From positions 496,001 to 560,000 of the forward strand of contig JALDTO010000142.1 in the NCBI GenBank assembly GCA_023515725.1: a stretch of 64,000 bases of DNA, given 5' to 3'. The notes beneath the pieces were generated by a model. It was not told the origin of the DNA. It was given only the letters and a program-made list of their open reading frames with translations, and did not search any database. The translations under genes and the position numbers were made by a program. Below, in pieces: positions 38,399 to 52,967 of this stretch; position 1 is the stretch's first letter; every line of letters starts with the position of its first letter. This DNA comes from Amoeboaphelidium protococcarum X5 (taxonomy: Eukaryota; Fungi; Aphelidiomycota).

Positions 38399-38506
38399 GA
38401 GTTTGGGCAATCACACGCGTTTCACTTCTTACTTTTACAAAGGAGTCTTACTCTTTGTTCCTGTTTGCTCTTATTGACTGTTACTATAGTGTTAATTTAA
38501 GAAGAA

Positions 38507-38935
38507 ATGCCTTCGCAAGCTTTCGAAGTGGATGAGACTGTAGTCAGTCGACTTCAATAGGAACTCAACACGATAAATACCTAATATGCTGAATCTGTGA
38601 CCGACTTATCTCAACAAATGGCTTAGGTGAGATTGATATTTTTACTTCTGTAGACTCTTTACTTATTTACTGTTTGATTTTAGTTGTAGATTATAAATAC
38701 TTCCCATTAGTAGACATCAATTTTCGAAAGGTCTGTTAGCAAGTGGTGTGATGCTGTGGACGACACGTCGCGATAAGCGCAGAACTTGGCCTCCAAAAAA
38801 AAGGGGATTGATGATGCTTATTTACCACAGGGCGGTGATCAAGTTGATGATGAACTTGACAAGACCTTAAAACTTATTTCAAGCTTGAAGCGACGAGCAC
38901 ATCACGTTTTGAGATTGTTTTAATAATCAAAGTGA
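38507..38935 (+). CDS. Small coiled-coil protein (123 aa), 2 exons; possibly a BLOC-1-type subunit
   Basis: GT-AG intron 38627-38683 contains an in-frame TGA. The spliced frame is open from ATG to TGA. The family guess is weak. Confidence 0.6.
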
Positions 38936-39199
38936 TCCGGTTCATTCGCGTGTCTTTCTGTATATCCTCCACCACGTTCTTTAACTAAATTATGCTGTTT
39001 AGGTGCATTTTGTATTGTTTCAGAAATTTTTTTGTTATATTTCATATTCCACCTACTGCCACAAAACGTTGGTAAATTGTGCGTGTTTGTTTTTATACGT
39101 GAGATTTCCCTGTGGGATGGATCAGCGAGCATCGCCCACACACTTTTCCTCTTTTCAAACTTGTCTCAGATCTGCAATAAACTCACCTCAAATAGTAAT

Positions 39200-42100
39200 A
39201 TGAGTTTAGTGGATTTATATTCAACCAGAGTAAGTCGAAAAATGATTTAATATTTTATATTTAATGATCTCATTATTACAAATATGTGTAGAATGCCAAA
39301 GTATGGGTGGTCGATGAACATGATGGCTATGTGTTGGCCAAGATTACAGATTTCGAGGTTGATCAGAGCAAAGATCTGTTCACTCTACACCTTGAGACTG
39401 ATGATGGCGTTGCAAAAGTTACATAGTCTATATCTCTGTCATTGCTGTAGAGTAAAAGTACATCTGATATGGACGTTGGACTGCCATTGTTGAAAAATCC
39501 GCAAGTCTTGGAGTCTGTTGATGATCTTACCAGTTTGACTTACTTACATGAGGCTGCAGTTTTGTCCACTGTGAAAACTAGATACTTGCTTCAACACAAC
39601 ATTTACACCTACAGTGGTATAGTGTTGATTGCTGTCAATCCTTTTGCAAGTTTGAATATTTATCATTCATCAGTGGCTGAATAGTATCAGGATAAGAAGC
39701 GTGGAGAGTTGGAGCCTCATTTGTACGCCATTGCTGAGGAAGCGTATAGGGACATGGTGCAGTACGGCAGGAATTAGTCCATCATTGTCAGCGGTATGAG
39801 CGGTGCTGGAAAGACTGTTAGTGCCAAGTACATTATGAGATATATCGCCAATGTTAATCATGAGTTTTCTGATTTAGAGCCCAAGTAATTGCAACATTAG
39901 CCTTCAAGTGCGCGGCTGCCTAATACCAGCAATGTGGAGTAGTAAGTCCTTGCCACCAATCCTCTGATGGAATCTTTCGGAAATGCCAAGACCACCCGGA
40001 ATGATAATAGTTCCAGGTTTGGAAAGTATATTGAGATTCAATTTGCGTCTGCATCAACTGCGGTCAGTAATTCTGTGGCGGATTCCGAGATGGAGATTGT
40101 AGGTGCTGTGATGCGCACGTATCTTATCGAGCGTTCTCGAGTTGTATTTTAGCCAGAGAATGAGCGCAATTATCACATATTTTATCAACTCTGCTCTGAA
40201 GGAGTTCCATCTGCTGAATAGAAGGAATTAGGACTGCAGGGGTGGGATCATTTTCATTATCTTAATCAAGGCAGATAAGGTACGATTCAGAATGTTGATG
40301 ATGCTGCCGAGTTTGAATCTACGATTAGAGCCCTGAGTACTATTGGGATATCTGTTACTGTATAATGGTCGATATTTAGATTGCTGGCTGCCATTCTGCA
40401 TCTGGGTAATGTTGAAATATCAGCGTAAGATAGGAATCAGGATGCATCTGTCATCAAGTTGGATTTCCATGACAACTAGAAGCATTTGGAATATCTGAGC
40501 AAGTTGTTGGGCATTAGTTATGAAGAATTTTGTAAGAGATTGTGCCGCAGAGTAATTGTTACCAGAGGAGAGAAGATTGAGAGTAGTCTGAACACAGCCG
40601 CTGCCGTTGTGAATAGAGACTCCGTGGCCAAGTTTCTGTACACTTCTCTATTTGACTGGCTGGTGGGAAAGGTAAATTCTTCTCTGTCAATGTAGAGTGT
40701 CAGCGGATCCGGTGCGTAAAAGGTGAAGAATTTCATTGGAGTGTTGGACATTTATGGATTTGAGCACTTTGAGTTGAACTCCTTTGAACAGTTTTGTATT
40801 AACTATGCGAATGAAAAGTTACATCATTAGTTCAATCAGCATGTATTTAAGTTGGAGTAGGAAGAGTATGTGAAGGAGAAAATTGAATGGACCTTCATTA
40901 ACTTTAGGGATAACGTTGGGTGCATTTAGCTTATTGAAGGAAAATTGGGCATTCTCGATCTCCTAGATGAAGAATGTCGTCTCGGCAATAGCGGAAATGA
41001 TGCATCGTTTGTGTAAAAGTTGTACAAGTAGTTTGAAGCTGACACCAAGCCTGCAAAGAAGAACGAGTCCACAGCAACTGCTGGCGGGAAGGATGGAAAG
41101 TCTATGAACACCATGGAGCCTAAGCATTACTTTTAAAAACCTAGATTCTCCAACGTGTAATTCTCAGTGGAGCATTATGCTCTGCCTGTTGTCTATACCG
41201 TGGATAATTTCTTGGAGAAGAATAAAGACTCGATGCCTGAAGAGATTTTTGAATTGCTATCAGAGACTTCTAATCAGTTTTTGAAATCAATTCTGGATAT
41301 TAACAATCAGTCATAATAGTAGTAAGCCAAAGCGTCTCCTTAGAAAGCCGGACCTGCTAAGCGTGGCGGTTTGTAAAAGCCTACACTTGGTAGTGTGTTC
41401 AAATAGTCCCTGCATCAGTTGTCAGATACTATCGGTTCTACTGAAGTTCATTACATTCGTTGCATTAAGCCGAATGAAGATAAATAGCCTTTTCAAGTGG
41501 ACTCTCCATACGTGCTTGAATAGCTGAGAGCTTGTGGTGTTCTTGAGACTATCAGAATTAGTTGTGCTGGTTATCCATCTCGATTTCTATTTAGAGACTT
41601 TATAGACAGGTACTGGCTTCTTGGTATTGGGAAAGACCTGTACAAATGGAAAGGGAATTCTCTGAATAGCCATAACTCATAGCAGAATGATAATGTTGAT
41701 CATTTGAAAGATGTCTGTGTTGCCATTCTCTAGTGTTCTCTGAAGGACGCTGATCGCTTCCAGGTGGGTATAAGTAAAGTCTTTTTGCGGGCTGGCGTTG
41801 TTGCGTACCTGGAGAAGATGCGAAGTGATACTTTGTTTAGAGCTGCCGTGATGATTTAGAAATCCGTCAAGTGTGGTATTATCAGAAAGAAGTATTTATC
41901 CATTCGTAAGAGTACGCTGCTTCTACAGCGTGTAGTCCGTGGTCATCTGGCTAGACGTTTGGCCCTGAGAATGCGCCGCGTGAAGAGTGCTATTGTCATT
42001 CAGAAGAACTGGCGTAGATTTGCTGCAATGAAGAAGTACCGCAGTATAATAAGTAGAATTGTGGAATTGCAGTCGGCTATTAGAATATTCATGGCAAAGC

Positions 42101-44079
42101 GGTAGTTACAGCGGTTAAAATTGGAGCATTCTGTTCTTACGATTTAGCGTGTGTATAGAGGCCATTTGAGCAGAGTTCTAGCTAAAAAGTAATTGCGAAA
42201 GATTGTTCTAGTGCAATGTATTGTAAGGCGTCATTAGGCTAGAGTTTAGCTAAAGAAGCTGCGAATGGAGGCAAAGTCTGTCTCTCATATTTAGCAGAAA
42301 GCTGGAGCATTGGAGCGTAAAGTTATTGAATTAACTCAGCTTCTATCCGGCAAGGAAGATGAGCTGGAGAGCTTTAAAAAGAAGTGTCATTAGCAGGAAT
42401 AGCTAATCTTGTAGTTTAAAGAGAAATTGGTACAAAAAGATGAGAAGATGAAAAGCTAAGCTTAAGAAGTTAAGGATCTCTAGAGTAGAATTGATCATGC
42501 CAATAGTGTGCATTAGAAAGAGAAAGATGTGTTGGCATTGGAAGTATAGACACTTAAGTAGCAGAATTAGGTACTTATTTAAGAGGCTCAGAAAGCGGTG
42601 GCACCGCCTGGGATAAATACAGCCAATAAGTTGTCGAAGTAGGCCAGTGACGTGTCGTCTTAATAAGATGTGAACGAGAAGCTTACCGCCGTTATTACGG
42701 AGAATCAGCAGTTGAAAGAGAAATTGGCCAAATTGTTTGCGTGCAATAGAGGTAAATCTGAGAGAGTGCTGTAAAATTCAAATTCAAGTGCAGCTATTTC
42801 AGCAATACCACAGAGCCCTGTAATTAAGTCTCCGTCTCCGGTCCACTCATAATAAGTTGGCGGGTAACAAGTCCATTAACCGACAAGCTTGTTTTCGAGT
42901 ACTCAAGTATCACCGAATGATTCTAATTCTATTAAAGTATCTCTCACTGATCCTCTTCTGGACAAGGAGTTGGTTGATGTTTTGGTTGTACACTTGGTGA
43001 TGCCACCTTAATTACCACCAGATACTAGAACTGTGTAAGATGTCTTATTCCCATCAATAATTGTGGTTCGGGTGGTGGCTTAATGTATCAATGCTCACTT
43101 GATTGACAGGACCAAGCAAATTCTATCTAACTACGTTCGGTCCATCTAGTCTGTGATCAAGTTTGAGAATCATCCATCCACTATTTATTGGCTATCTAAT
43201 CTGATATATTTGATATAGTTGCTACAGACCTTGTAGCAGGATGTTGGCTTTAAAAAAGATGCTGATTTGAATAGATTTCTGGTAAAGTTTATTCAAGACA
43301 CTACTACATATGCAGGTGATGTATTTAGATTTCTACTCAAAGATTTGAAAAAGGTATTCAGTAGAATGGTTGTGCCTGCTGTGATTGAGTATTAAGGCCT
43401 CTCTGGATTTATTGATGATGCGTCCAACAATTCTGGCTTTATCAATAGACTAATGGGAAGTGGTGCTCCTACAGTCTTGCCAACAGAGAAGTTGATAACT
43501 TTCTTGAACAAACTTAATCTGAGCATGGAAAGTTACTATCTAGAGGATTCCATTAGAAGGTAGATAATTGTCAACTTGGTGTCTTACTGTGGTACTGCTT
43601 GCTTCAATCAGTTGATGGTGCGCAAGAATTTTTGCACTTGGCGACGTGGTATGTAAATCCAGTATAACATTACGCGTATAGATGAATGGTGTTCCAAGAC
43701 TGGTGATGTCCCAGAGGCGGCTTTTCATTTGGAGCCGTTGATGTAGTCGGCAAAGTTGATGCAACTGAGTAAATCTTCAGTGGAGGACGTGGATATCATG
43801 TTTGATGTTTGCTTCCTTCTTACCCCAGTTTAAATTAGGAAATTGCTGTCCATGTGTCAGTCCAATGGAGACTATGATAATCCTATTTCGTAGCAAGTTA
43901 TAAAAGCAGTGTCTGATAGATGCGCCGATGATAGAGATTCCGCGATTCTGTTGGAGCAGAATGAAGACACTGCTCTGATGATGCCGGATCATCTTCCTGT
44001 ATCCGATTTACAATGCTCTCTGCCAACGTATCTAGAACAGAAGCTACCTCTCTGTAAGAAACTAGTGTCTAATAACTGA
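39200..44079 (+). CDS. MYO2: Class V myosin (motor, IQ motifs, coiled coil, DIL domain), 2 exons
   Basis: Intron 39230-39291. [57 protein letters not shown], IQxxxR repeats, [23 protein letters not shown]. Symbol follows the yeast class V name. Confidence 0.95.
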
Positions 44080-44241
44080 ATATGAATAAATATTTTCATC
44101 CATCAATAGATCATTTGCTTGCTGTTTATTGGTGAAGGTGGCTCGTTTCGTCTTCGTTTTTCATTGTTTTGTTTCACGTCATAAGTCTTGTCTCCCTCTA
44201 AGTAAAGAATTGAGTTCTCATATTAAATAGCATAAAGTAGA

Positions 44242-45747
44242 ATGTCCTTTGCGTCTTCTAGTAGATAATTGTCTCCGAATAGTTCTATATTGACTAGTAA
44301 AAGTGGTAATAAAGATGTGTCATAATTTGTAAAGTATCTGCTTGAAGGATCAGGTGTGAGTGAAGATGTTCTGGATATGGCCGTTCTGAGGCAAGAACTG
44401 GAGCATTTGGATGAAGAGGAGTAGTAAATATCTCCTCTTAACTCTTACAGCACAAAGCTATAGAATTAATCATTCACTAGTTAAATGTACGGCAATTAAA
44501 CTGCGGCTGCATACAAGTAAAATAGAGTGCGTAATAGTAGCATAATGGCACTGAATGGAAGTCAGGAAGAGCTGGCGGAGAAGAGTTCTCTTCAAAAGTT
44601 GAAACAGAAATTCGAGATTTTGAAACAGGAGAATTCTAAATTGGCGAATCAGGTTAAAGATCTCACCAAGTAGAACTAGAAGCTAACTCTATAGTTAGAA
44701 GAAGAAGAAGAACAAGTATAGTCTGCTCCTGGTAATTAATTCTTTTTGGAGTACTTTGATATCACTGGCTTGAATGTATCTGATAATGCCATTTAGTCAG
44801 CGATTAACAAGGTGCGCAGTTGTCGCGATAGTGAATAGGATCAGTTTATCACAGTTGGACAATGTCTGACGATTATAAATTGGTATGAGAAGGAGTTGGA
44901 TTAAGCACAAGTGTAGATTTAGTAGTCTCATCACAATATGGGTGGTATATAATAGAATGAAGACGAGTAAGTGCAAGATGAAATTATTTAGCAGTTGACA
45001 GAAGAGAATAAAAAGCTCCAAGGCGATTTGTAATAGAATAACAAATTGCTTCAGAGAGCCAACACTTAGATTGATGAACTTTAGTTGCAAGTATCTGTTG
45101 ATTGGTAGGAACGGTAAGAACTCATAGACTCGCTGGGATAGTAGGCAAAAGAAAATAACTATTATAACTTCAGTGATTATCCTAGTCAGCTATAAGGACC
45201 TGCTACATTTACCAGAGAGTTGATCAAACGCGACAAGAAGAGGTTCGTTGAGTGGAAGCGAAAGTCTATGAGCGCTCTGCCTGACAAGAAGAAGGATACC
45301 ACCACCACCTTAATTCCTGTCGCTTTACCCAATCCATTAGATTGCAGGGATATCATCTTTGATATATGTCAAGAACTGCAAATTAACGATGTCAGACGCT
45401 TGCACTCTGCATTGAAAGACATCTCCACGTCAATCTCTGCCATTCCCAAGATGAAAGATTTCATTGAGATTGTCCATAAGCTTCTATACTCGACCAAGAC
45501 TAGTTAGAAGAGCTTGAAGTAGACTCTGGTAGATTTGCGATAAATCCTGTAACAGTAAAGTAGTAACAATCAGAGTAAAGCATATACTCCAAAAAAATCC
45601 CACACTGTGCGCCTACCTGATAAAAGCGATCATGATAATGTTGCGATTGAAAGTATGGATGATATTCTGCATCAGGTTGAATCGGCCACTGATGTAAATG
45701 GTGGTCAAAATGATAGCTACTCGTATTTGAATGATGATAATAATTGA
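44242..45747 (+). CDS. Gln-rich coiled-coil protein, possibly centrosomal (CEP70-like C-terminal region)
   Basis: 501-aa open frame in table 6. IIFDICQELQINDVRRL...AIPKMKDFIEIVHKLL resembles CEP70-type proteins (recollection only). Confidence 0.65.
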
Positions 45748-45819
45748 TGAGATTATAACTTTGATCTATTGTATTTATAAAGTGATTAAATTCTGATTCT
45801 AATCAGCATACAGGTGAAG

Positions 45820-46761
45820 TCAATCTGTATTATTCAAATGCTATTTTAGAGCATCAACAAACAGATGCGGCTTTTCTGAATGAAGCCAATGTCCAGCATC
45901 TACTCCGACAATTCTGTTATTGGGAAATAATCGTCTGATCAACAAATCATCATCACCACCAACGTCTCCAGATTAGTTATTCATACGATAATAATCAGAT
46001 CGAGTTCCATAAATAAAGAGCGATTAAACCATAGATGGCGGCTAATTATTATCAACTTGAGGTGCCGGAAAGTGAGCAAACTAGTCCAGAGATTATGAAA
46101 TTCCATTCAGATTTAAGCGAAACATCAAAGTCTTTTCCAAATCGGGCAATTTGGTCAACTTCTAATACTGACCAAGAAGCAGCTTCTACGCGGTCGGATG
46201 TAATTTATTGAATTGTACAAAGTTGGTAAGAAGGAACGCTTTAACACTCTCATCCTACACGGCGGCATTCAGCATTTTACCAGCATCTTGTTTCGTGAGC
46301 TTCCCACCAGAATGCACCTGTTCTTTCTAGATATCAAGCATACAATTAATGTAACTGCGAAAAGCGTTTGACAACTGCAGAGGTCGTGGTGGCATATCAA
46401 CAGAAATCATGGTAGATAAAAGGTTAGGATGTTGAATGGCAGTCATCATAGCAATCTTGCCACCTAGAGAGTGTCCACAGAGAGCAACGCGCTAACCCTA
46501 AAACTAATGCGCTATAAAATCCTCCACGTCTTGAACCATGTCTTACAACTGAGTACGCCCATCTGTCCACTCTGACTCTCCGTGATTTCTCAAATCCAAA
46601 GCATACACAGAACGCTAACACTCGGCAGATATCATCCTGCTCAGGGTCTTCCAATTCTATTTACTCCCAAACAGCCCATGGAGGATGACTAGCGGAGATT
46701 TAAGAAGTTACTTTTAAGAAGCATTTTATAATATGTGGGAAGTATACGCAAGATTGACCAT
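45820..46761 (-). CDS. ABHD11: Alpha/beta hydrolase ABHD11-like
   Basis: PLVILHGLFGSKQNW, LDLRNHGES, GHSLGGKIAM, DAGHWLHSEKP. Confidence 0.92.
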
Positions 46762-47040
46762 GATTAGAAGTGGATTTGTGACGCAAATCGCAGAATTCCA
46801 AAATGATATGCTCAGTAATAATAATATAAATAATACAAAAGCCCTCTGAAACTCGCACACAGTAGCTATATTTATTAATAGCTGACTGGATTCTGTGGTA
46901 ATATTAAATTGACGTGATCAGCGTCGCGTTTCTCAATCTCCTTTTGTTTCCTCTCTCCTTCGTCTATTCTTCAATCTATAAAGTATTGTACACTTTACAT
47001 CATCATCAATATCCCACTTGATTTAAGTATTTTTATATTG

Positions 47041-50000
47041 ATGAAGTCTACGATTAAAGAAGTTTGTGAAAATATCATCAAACCTTAGGAGGATGATAGG
47101 CTGTATAGATATCTGGTTCTTGAGAATGGCTTGAAAGTCTTGCTGATCAGTGATGGTAATGCTGACAAGGCTGCAGCGTCCCTGTCTGTCAGCATCGGAT
47201 CCATACATGAGCCTTCAGATTGGTGTGGACTGGCACACTTTCTTGAACATATGCTCTTTCTTGGTACAGAGAAGTTCCCGGTGGAGAATGAGTACAGCTC
47301 ATACTTGAACAAGAATGGTGGCCATTCTAATGCTTACACCTCTGGCGATGAGACTAATTACTATTTTGATGTTGCAGTCAATGGAGAGGGATCCGACCAG
47401 GTTTTAGATGGAGCATTGGATAGATTCTCGTCATTCTTTACATGTCCATTGTTGGGAGATGGTGGTGCATCATCTGCATCTTCTTCAAGCGGTTCTGCTG
47501 TAGAACCTTCTGGCAATGCTAGCAGTAGTAATGCTGTGGATAGAGAAGTGAAGGCTGTGGATAGTGAGTTCAAAAAGAATTTGAATGAAGATTATCGCAG
47601 AGTGTATTAGCTGGTAAAGAATGAATGTGATTCCAAGCATCCTTATAACAAGTTCGATTCTGGTAACATGTTGAGTTTGTAGTAGAATATGAATAGCCAC
47701 GCTCAGGATGGATAGGGTAGTGCGGTTACTAATGCTATGAATGCCCTGAAATAGTTTTACAAGGGTGCATACAGTAGTCATCTGATGTCTTTATGTATAC
47801 TTGGTCGTTAGCCATTAGATCAATTGTAGCAAATGGCAGTTAAATACTTTTCTGATGTACAGATGAATTAGAATGCAGACTAGTATCTGTCAAAGATTCC
47901 CACTAGTCACCCATTTGACAATACTTAGATGAGGGGTTCCATCATTCACACCTGCCCTCTGAAAGATATTCGTAAGCTGACTTTAAAGTTTGCCATCCCA
48001 CCTCAGTATGAGAATAGATGGAACAAGTCTTTTCGCTATCTTGGTCACCTGATTGGACATGAATCTGCCGGTTCCATATTGTCAGTGCTAAAGAGTCTTG
48101 GATGGGCCACGTCTTTGAGTGCCGGGGTGAGTTCTCATGGTTCAAAGTATTTTGACATGTTCTCTATTGATATTAGTCTTTCTGTGGAGGGGCTGTAGAG
48201 TTATGAGAAAGTTATCGAGACTGTCTTTGCGTATTTCAATATGCTGAAAAGTGACCACCCTTTTGTGGATTATGTGTATCAGGAGGTTAGGATGATTAGT
48301 GATATCCAGTTTATGTTTGCAGAGAAGAGTTCAAATGCCTCAGGATACGTGTCCGGTCTTACTGAGTCGATGCATTATTATAGTGATCGTCCGGAATTAC
48401 TTCTGAAGGGTAGTAGCTATTTTGGTGAAGATTATTAGGATTGTAAGAGATCTGTTGTAGATTTGTTGGAGAAGTATCTTGTTCCCGGTAATTTCTGCGC
48501 CGTTGTTCTATCTAAAGAATGTCCTTAATCTTTACAATAGCAGATGGCTTAGACGACCAAGAAGGTTGAGAAATGGTATGGAACTGAGTACTCTGTTATG
48601 TAAATGGATCGGTAGTTTTTGTCTCTGCTGAATTCAGTCAAGTCTTCATAGAATTTGAGTATCCCTAGGCCTAATCCTTTCATGCCTAAAGATTTGTAAT
48701 TGTGTATTGAGCCTCAAGATGGCTTATAGCACCCGCAGATTGTGCATGAAAGTCCTCTGATGAGAACTTGGTACAGACTTCCATCAAAGAGCATTCCTGT
48801 TCTGCCAAAGATGATCATCTGCATGAATGTAAAGAGCCAGTAAGCGTACTAGCCATCTCCATTTAACTCTATATGCTCATACTTGATCTGTTAGATGGTG
48901 CATGAAGAACTGGCAGAGTTGAGTTACGAGGCAGAGTGTGCACTGATCAGTTGGTAAATCGATGCCACCGCTGAGGGATTTTCTCTTCTGTTTGGCGGGG
49001 TGGGCAAAGGCGTTATTGGATTGATGGAAATTGTGTTAAAAACATTGAGGAATTATAGTGATTTATTTTCTGACTCGAAGGATCAGACCATCCATCAGAA
49101 GCGTCTGAAGACTTTTGAGGTGCTCAAGGACAAGTACAAGAGATCATTGATGAGCTTTGGTAAAGAGCAATCTTACTAACATGCAATCTATTACACGACT
49201 CAGATTATTTAGAGTTTATTGTGGACACATGAAGATAAGCTGAATATATTAGATTCTGTCCGTTATGATGATCTGGTGAAGTTTAGCCGTCATCAATTGT
49301 GGTAGAACATTTATACCGAGAGCTGGTGCTTCGGAAATGTCACCAAGTAGGAAGTTGTCGCTATTTCTACTAAAGCTGAGGAAATTTTAAGTAATGCAAG
49401 TCCGAGTAACAACGGTGCTGGTTTGCAATCTTTACCTTTATCGGTCAAATCTGGCGTTAGATCTCATTTGATTCCACCAGGTAAAACCATTTTGCATGTT
49501 AAGTCTTGTGCTAATCATTTGAATCCAAATTCTGCGATTGAATTGTTCTATCAGTGTGGCCCGTTAATGTCCTAAATGGATTAGTATTCCGTCCGTAAAG
49601 AACTTGAATTGGGCGCTAATGCTGATCCTCATGTTAGATGTATAGTGTTTCTCCTGGTATAAATGATGCAAGAGGCTGCATTCAATTAGTTGAGAACTAA
49701 AGAACAGCTCGGATATATCGTGTTTACATCAATGCGTAAATCTGTCGGCAGTATTGGATTGCGCGTAATTGTGTAGAGTGAACGCGATTCCTCGTATTTG
49801 GAATAGCGTATTGAGAATTTCCTTCTAGACTTTGGCAGGTAACATTTGAAGATTGGAATGGACAATGAAGATGGCAGTATTGACTAGTAGCTGTTCAACA
49901 AGTATGTGCAGTCTTGCATCAATGTAATTACGTAGAAGGATGAGAATATGATGGCCGAATCCACCAGATACTGGAAGCACATATCTGGCGGCTATTATGA

Positions 50001-50529
50001 ATTTAATCAAGTGGATGTCGATGTCGCGGCGTTGAAGGCTATTACTCCAGAGCAGTTGGTTGAGTTTTACACCACGTACATTGATCCTAATTCTCCGTAC
50101 AGATCCAAGCTTGTCACTCATATCCGCAGTGTTCATCCTCTGTGTAAACAATTTGGCATAAAAGATGCAGAGGTGAGGTGTGATAGTTAGTTGGCATCTG
50201 GCGTGTAATAGATACTTGCTGATGAACATGACACCTATGTATCTTCTGAAGAGATTGGTATTCTGATTGATTAGATGAATCTTGGTCAAGATGTCAACTA
50301 TTCTGGTTAGAATTTAGAGCTTGAAGATTTGACCAAAAAGGTTGCAACAAAATCTGGCACGGATGTGATTTTAAAGAGAAGGTTGAAGGAGAACACTGTG
50401 CTGGTTGATGATGTTGATAAAATCAAGTCATTTCTCAATCTTGGACCGTGTGCATTGCCAGTCAATCCGTCCTACCTGAAAATTACTTAACAAGAAAATG
50501 GTTCTATTACCCAGAAAGCTCACCTATGA
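47041..50529 (+). CDS. IDE: Insulinase-family M16A metalloprotease (IDE/Ste23)
   Basis: GLAHFLEHMLFLGTEKFP, NAYTS, REVKAVDSE, HLIGHES, AFNQLRTKEQLGYIV. Confidence 0.95.
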
Positions 50530-50616
50530 GAGATAATCCAGAACTTGTATGAGATATACATTTCTAAAGTTATAACAGTGAAGATAAGTAGCAAAAAAAA
50601 TCTATCAAGAGTTATA

Positions 50617-51426
50617 TCAAATAACATTCCATAAGTCTTCAAAGACATTGCAAATTTTACCACATGCCACAGATGCACTCAATGAATAATCACTAATGGA
50701 TACTTTTTCATCGCACCACCCATCAGCAAAGTCATCCTTTCCATGAGCAAAGGCTCCGACTATGAAGCAAACTGGCTCCTCTCTCAAGACCTTTGATCTT
50801 TTACTAGCTGATTCTGATTCTTCATTAGCAGGCGAATCCACTCCATCATTTTCTCGTACATCGCTCTCACCAGTGACGGATGACGAAGCTCTTTGACTCA
50901 TCAAGGATTGAATATAATTAGACAGTCTGACTGTAGGCGCGTCACCAGATAATACAATCTTTTTACAGCCGACAGGTAGGTGATCAGTGACAGGATTCTT
51001 TATCACTTTGAGCAGCTTCTCACCGCCATTACCTTCAGCACTGCGAATAGATAACTTGTGCAACAGCTGTACCATCAGACCAGCGAATCTCTTGTACGTT
51101 CTCGGAATACGCGTCTGCGGATTGATTTCAATCAGAACATTTTTCTAAGTCTTTATGAACACCTACAACATGCCAGCCTTATTCAGCGGACTATCCATTA
51201 GAGTGAGCAGACACTGATGAGTGATATCAGGCCGCATCTCTGCCACCTGACGACTGTGTTTCTTCAGCAGGGACGCGTGATCATCACAGTTGAGCAGATG
51301 ATAAGACGATGTATCAGCGGATCTATTCCCTCTACTACTCTTTTATGATACCTTTACAATCTCGAGTGGAGCATTGTCAAGCACCACAATCAACCGCTTT
51401 CTCTGCGAAACTGGCTTCAACGACAT
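50617..51426 (-). CDS. EMG1: 18S rRNA pseudouridine methyltransferase Nep1/Emg1
   Basis: [61 protein letters not shown]. Confidence 0.96.
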
Positions 51427-51754
51427 TTTGCGCAATTTTATAAAAAAAGCTAATTTTAAAGAGAAGTGTGAAGAACTCGTTAAAGCGACTGTTTGGCTTG
51501 GACGTTATTATCATTTAAAAAATAGTAGCCTGTCAGTAGCATGTCTTTTGCTTCATAATCAAAGATTGAAATGTAAAGACAATAGAGTGCTATTATCAAT
51601 ATAAAATTATCATGAGAAATACACTATGCAGATACAACGAAAATAAAAATTTATTCATTTATACCAATCTTCTCATATGTATAGCATCTCTAACGTGATT
51701 TTTATCATTTGAGAGTCACAAGCATATAACTACTTGGTCTCTTACACTGTAAAA

Positions 51755-52316
51755 TCAATCGTCCACCTTATTAATACCAAAGAACCTGACCAGATGGAGA
51801 GCTGGAAGTTTAGCAATCAGCACCACAATCAGGGGGATGATATTGACGATGAACAGAGTGGCATCATAACGCGTGTAATGAGTACTCAGCAAGAACATGA
51901 ATATAGGCAGTGCGGTGAGGTACTTTTTGGCCGGTGTAAACTGCTGCCCATCGTCTATCTGCTCCCACAGCGTAAGACCTGCATACTCTCCTTGATCTGC
52001 ATCGAACGGTGTTCCAATAATCATATGAAATAGAATAAAATGCCCCTACATATTATAGAAAATTATTTTCTTAATTAATGTATACTCTAAATAGAATAAT
52101 ATAAATATTTATTACAGTCAGGTAGGATATGTTGGTAAGTGTCCACGCTATTTCTGTGGATACTGATGGAATGATGCCAAATGCAATTCGAAGTATCAGG
52201 ATGACCAGAGCGTTCATGGTCCATGCGCCTTTACTATTCACCCACGTAGAATTGGGATTAATCATGGAAGGGTAGGAAGATGATCCCTTGGTTTTAGCGA
52301 TTAAATCTAATATCAT
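51755..52316 (-). CDS. ORM1: ORMDL sphingolipid regulator, 2 exons
   Basis: NPNSTWVNSKGAW, AWTLTN, GTPF, LTLWEQIDDGQQFTPAKKYL, AKLPALH. GT-AG intron 52115-52046. Confidence 0.94.
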
Positions 52317-52967
52317 TCTATTCCCTCTATAAGATTATGCACTTGATTTGAAATAGATTTTTTATCAATTTTAATTAAAGAAGACGAAATGCTTTAATTT
52401 GGGTAAGAATGATTGCACAATTGGCGCAAAGGGTGAAAACCATATTCACACCGAGGTATTATTAGGAGTAACGGGATTAACATGTACTAATTTAATCGAC
52501 TCGCGTTTGCAGCTCTTACTTGTTTTTAATAATAAGTTGGCTAAAGACACTCAAAATGTTGAGGAGTCAGTTGATCGCAATCTTATAGAAAAATAACGTC
52601 GCGATTATGCACTATCCAGGGAACTGAACTGATCAGAAATACCTGTCACTTGAGGTAAATGCAAAATCTTTTTAACGACTCGCACTTTGAAAATATAAAG
52701 ATATGAACTAGTAATTGAAAAAGTTAAAGACGTCGTTTATATATCGTACATTTACAGTATACATCTACACGATTTGGAGCGTGTCTAAACGTACAGTACG
52801 TGTCAATGTTTCGGCTCCCTTTGATGGTTGATCCACAGAGCGAAACAAGTAAAGGAAGTAATAAAAACCTCTAAATAATCAGTGATATGCAAACAATATA
52901 TTTGTACAAAAATTTCATTCTAAAATGCAACCAATCAACAGGAATAATAGCAAAACACAATATACCA

